56,911 nt of DNA from a virus. Taxonomy: Duplodnaviria > Caudoviricetes. Under the pieces are notes generated by a model, which was given only the letters and a program-made list of their open reading frames with translations, ran no database searches and was not told the origin of the DNA. The stretch spans positions 1 through 56,911 of the IMG/VR virus record IMGVR_UViG_3300044541_000010; one strand, 5' to 3'. The position numbers and the translations under genes were made by a program. Below, piece by piece: positions 55,047 to 56,911 of this stretch. Numbering within the stretch: the stretch's first letter is position 1; each line of letters begins with the position of its first letter.

Positions 55047-55204
55047 AGTTGCGCGACATGTGGGCCGAGGCCAACCCGGTAGCCCGCATCGGTGGTGTGG
55101 TCATCGTGACCGGCATCGCCTTGGCCACCGCCTACGGGCTCGTGGGGCACGACGTAACCGACATGTTCGTTGTCATCTGGACGGAGATCAAGTCATGGCT
55201 ATGA
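55043..55204 (+). CDS. Small membrane protein
   Basis: GGAGG RBS; TM segment; ATGA overlaps. Confidence 0.6.
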   Translation: MKLRDMWAEANPVARIGGVVIVTGIALATAYGLVGHDVTDMFVVIWTEIKSWL

Positions 55205-55686
55205 GTCACGCGGGACACGACCACCCCGCCACGCCGGCCGGACGCGCGGCCTGCCGTAAGGCGGGGGGTGCGAGCACTCCGGTCGTCACCAAGAAATCCC
55301 CGGTCAAGGAATCGCTGGGCAAGCGGATGGTGAAGCACGCGGCCGAGCCGGAGAAGCCCGTCAAGAAGGTCAAGGGCGATACCGAGCAGCTGTGGCGCGT
55401 GCCGCTGACCGTGATCCCCGACGGGTCGAGCCTCCTGGGCATGCCGGCGTACGTGGCCGAGCTGGTCAAGCTGGCGTGGCGCAAGGAATGGCGCGTAGAC
55501 GTCGGCCCGGTGTGGAACACCGACGGACGCCGTTCGGTCCGCGTGTCGACGTACCGGGGTGAGATGACCGTCCGGTGGATGCGCGAGGGCAGCGGGATCA
55601 CGTCGGTGGTGTGGGCATCTGACGAGGACGGGGCCGAGGAGCTGGGTTCGATGAACGAAGGGATTCGCAAGCTCAAGGGCGAGTGA
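55201..55686 (+). CDS. Protein with N-terminal His/Cys module
   Basis: MSHAGHDHPATPAGRAACRK. Confidence 0.7.
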   Translation: MSHAGHDHPATPAGRAACRKAGGASTPVVTKKSPVKESLGKRMVKHAAEPEKPVKKVKGDTEQLWRVPLTVIPDGSSLLGMPAYVAELVKLAWRKEWRVDVGPVWNTDGRRSVRVSTYRGEMTVRWMREGSGITSVVWASDEDGAEELGSMNEGIRKLKGE

Positions 55687-55769
55687 CCACACCTCGCACG
55701 GATGCCCCTGGCCGTTATGGCTGGGGGCTTCTCCGTTACGGTGGACGTCAACCGACGGAGGAGGAACGT

Positions 55770-56636
55770 ATGCACGTTGACGTCAAGGGAACGCGGTTCA
55801 AGGTCACCACAGGGGACGGTCAGTCGTTGACCGTGGCCGGACCGCTCGGAATCGAGGAGCTCACCACACCTCGCCTGATCGTGGGGTCCGACCGGTACCC
55901 GATCGACACGAAGGTCTACCCGAAGCTGGGCGGAACGCGGGTGTACTCGCAGACCGGTCCGCCGAGCCTGACCGGTGTGCCGGCCGAGGCGATGCCCATC
56001 TGCTCGTGGAAGGAGCGGCCGACCAACGCGGCCAAGTTCAACGCCTGGGCGTACGGCCGTCCGCGCAAGCTGACCACGCTGCACGAGATGGACCGCGACC
56101 CGACCAAGGGCGGACCGACGCCAGCCGCGTGGATCGAGGAGGACGCGCAGACCGAGGCGCTGATCGTCGCGCACTCCAACGCGGCGAACCTCCAGCAGAT
56201 CGACATCTTCACCGGGTTCGTGTCCCGGCACAAGCCGGCTCGGTCGTGGGACAACTTCTACCGGAAGTCCACCGTGGCCGGTCGCGTCAAGGCGCTCGGG
56301 TTCGACCTGGAGGTGGACCACACCGCATGGCCGAAGGGATACCCGCCGGCCGACAAGTTCCAGGAGGTGGCGCTGTACGCCTTCCGTGACTCGGGTGTCG
56401 GCGAGGGCTGGTTCACCGAGTACGGCTGGCCGTGGGACGAGGCCAACGACCCGGACATGAGCCACCTGCGCGCGTTCTATCAGGACTCGTTCGACTACGC
56501 CGCTGAGCAGACCATCGCGCGTGTGCTCGGCATTTTCGCGTACGACTACGCGGGGGGCTCGACAGGAGACTACCTGATGCGAGGCGACGTCCTCGTGGAC
56601 CACCAGAAGCGGACGGCCGCGCAGTTCGTCGGCTGA
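55770..56636 (+). CDS. Putative clan GH-A (GH26-like) glycoside hydrolase
   Basis: LTTLHEMD (acid/base-like) and WFTEYGW (nucleophile-like); GGAGG RBS. Confidence 0.5.
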   Translation: MHVDVKGTRFKVTTGDGQSLTVAGPLGIEELTTPRLIVGSDRYPIDTKVYPKLGGTRVYSQTGPPSLTGVPAEAMPICSWKERPTNAAKFNAWAYGRPRKLTTLHEMDRDPTKGGPTPAAWIEEDAQTEALIVAHSNAANLQQIDIFTGFVSRHKPARSWDNFYRKSTVAGRVKALGFDLEVDHTAWPKGYPPADKFQEVALYAFRDSGVGEGWFTEYGWPWDEANDPDMSHLRAFYQDSFDYAAEQTIARVLGIFAYDYAGGSTGDYLMRGDVLVDHQKRTAAQFVG

Positions 56637-56647
56637 CTCGTCTACTG

Positions 56648-56681
56648 TCCTGCCCCCGGTGTGCGAAGGCCGGGGGCAGGG
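56648..56681. terminator. Hairpin between convergent transcription units
   Basis: CCTGCCCCCGG / CCGGGGGCAGG. Confidence 0.8.
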
Positions 56682-56719
56682 ATCAGTCCGCCGGAGATTG
56701 CCCCGGCACGTGGATGGTA

Positions 56720-56881
56720 TCAGGACTTCTTCTTGGGTATCAGCAGCTTGATCCCGGTCACGAGCACGGACACTTCTTCGGACGTCAGGTCCACGCCGGC
56801 CCGTTCCTTCTTGGCCGTGGCCAGCTTGTTGATGACGTGAGCGAACATGGTGATCCGGCGGATGTCGTCTGCGTTCATCAT
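56720..56881 (-). CDS. Hypothetical protein, last gene of leftward operon
   Basis: ATGA overlap with the VRR-NUC stop across the circular junction. Confidence 0.6.
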   Translation of the reverse strand: MMNADDIRRITMFAHVINKLATAKKERAGVDLTSEEVSVLVTGIKLLIPKKKS

Positions 56882-56911
56882 CTGACGGCCGCCGAGTCGT
56901 AACACGATCCC
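56785..56911. repeat. Terminal direct repeat (copy 2)
   Basis: Identical to 1..127. Confidence 0.95.

Overview
The window is an apparently complete, circularly assembled genome of a high-GC tailed (siphovirus-type) phage. It is 56,784 bp unique plus a 127-bp terminal duplication. GC content, promoter style and protein families suggest an actinomycete host. No integrase or clear repressor was seen, so it is probably lytic. Layout: (i) a leftward replication and nucleotide-metabolism operon (VRR-NUC, SSB, Sak4-like ATPase, Cas4-like exonuclease, PolA with an N-terminal UDG-like domain, dCMP deaminase, two thymidylate-synthase-fold paralogues, all-alpha dNTP pyrophosphatase, dNMP kinase, SNF2 helicase); (ii) a rightward RHH gene and primase-helicase, followed by an iteron/palindrome origin candidate; (iii) small genes, a JAB protease, a fibre protein, and head, tail and lysis modules; (iv) an early region of short gene cassettes separated by a repeated terminator-promoter element. 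Best leads: a T4-like cytosine-replacement pathway with two TS paralogues that both have Asp at the base-specificity position; a stand-alone JAB protease together with Gly-Gly-ending leaders on the scaffold and capsid proteins; two non-canonical tRNA-like RNAs; an array of fixed-geometry promoter/hairpin cassettes whose genes share a small His/Cys module; a MuF-ADP-ribosyltransferase fusion; and a +1 UUU_CGG chaperone frameshift. All calls come from reading motifs by eye; no searches were run.
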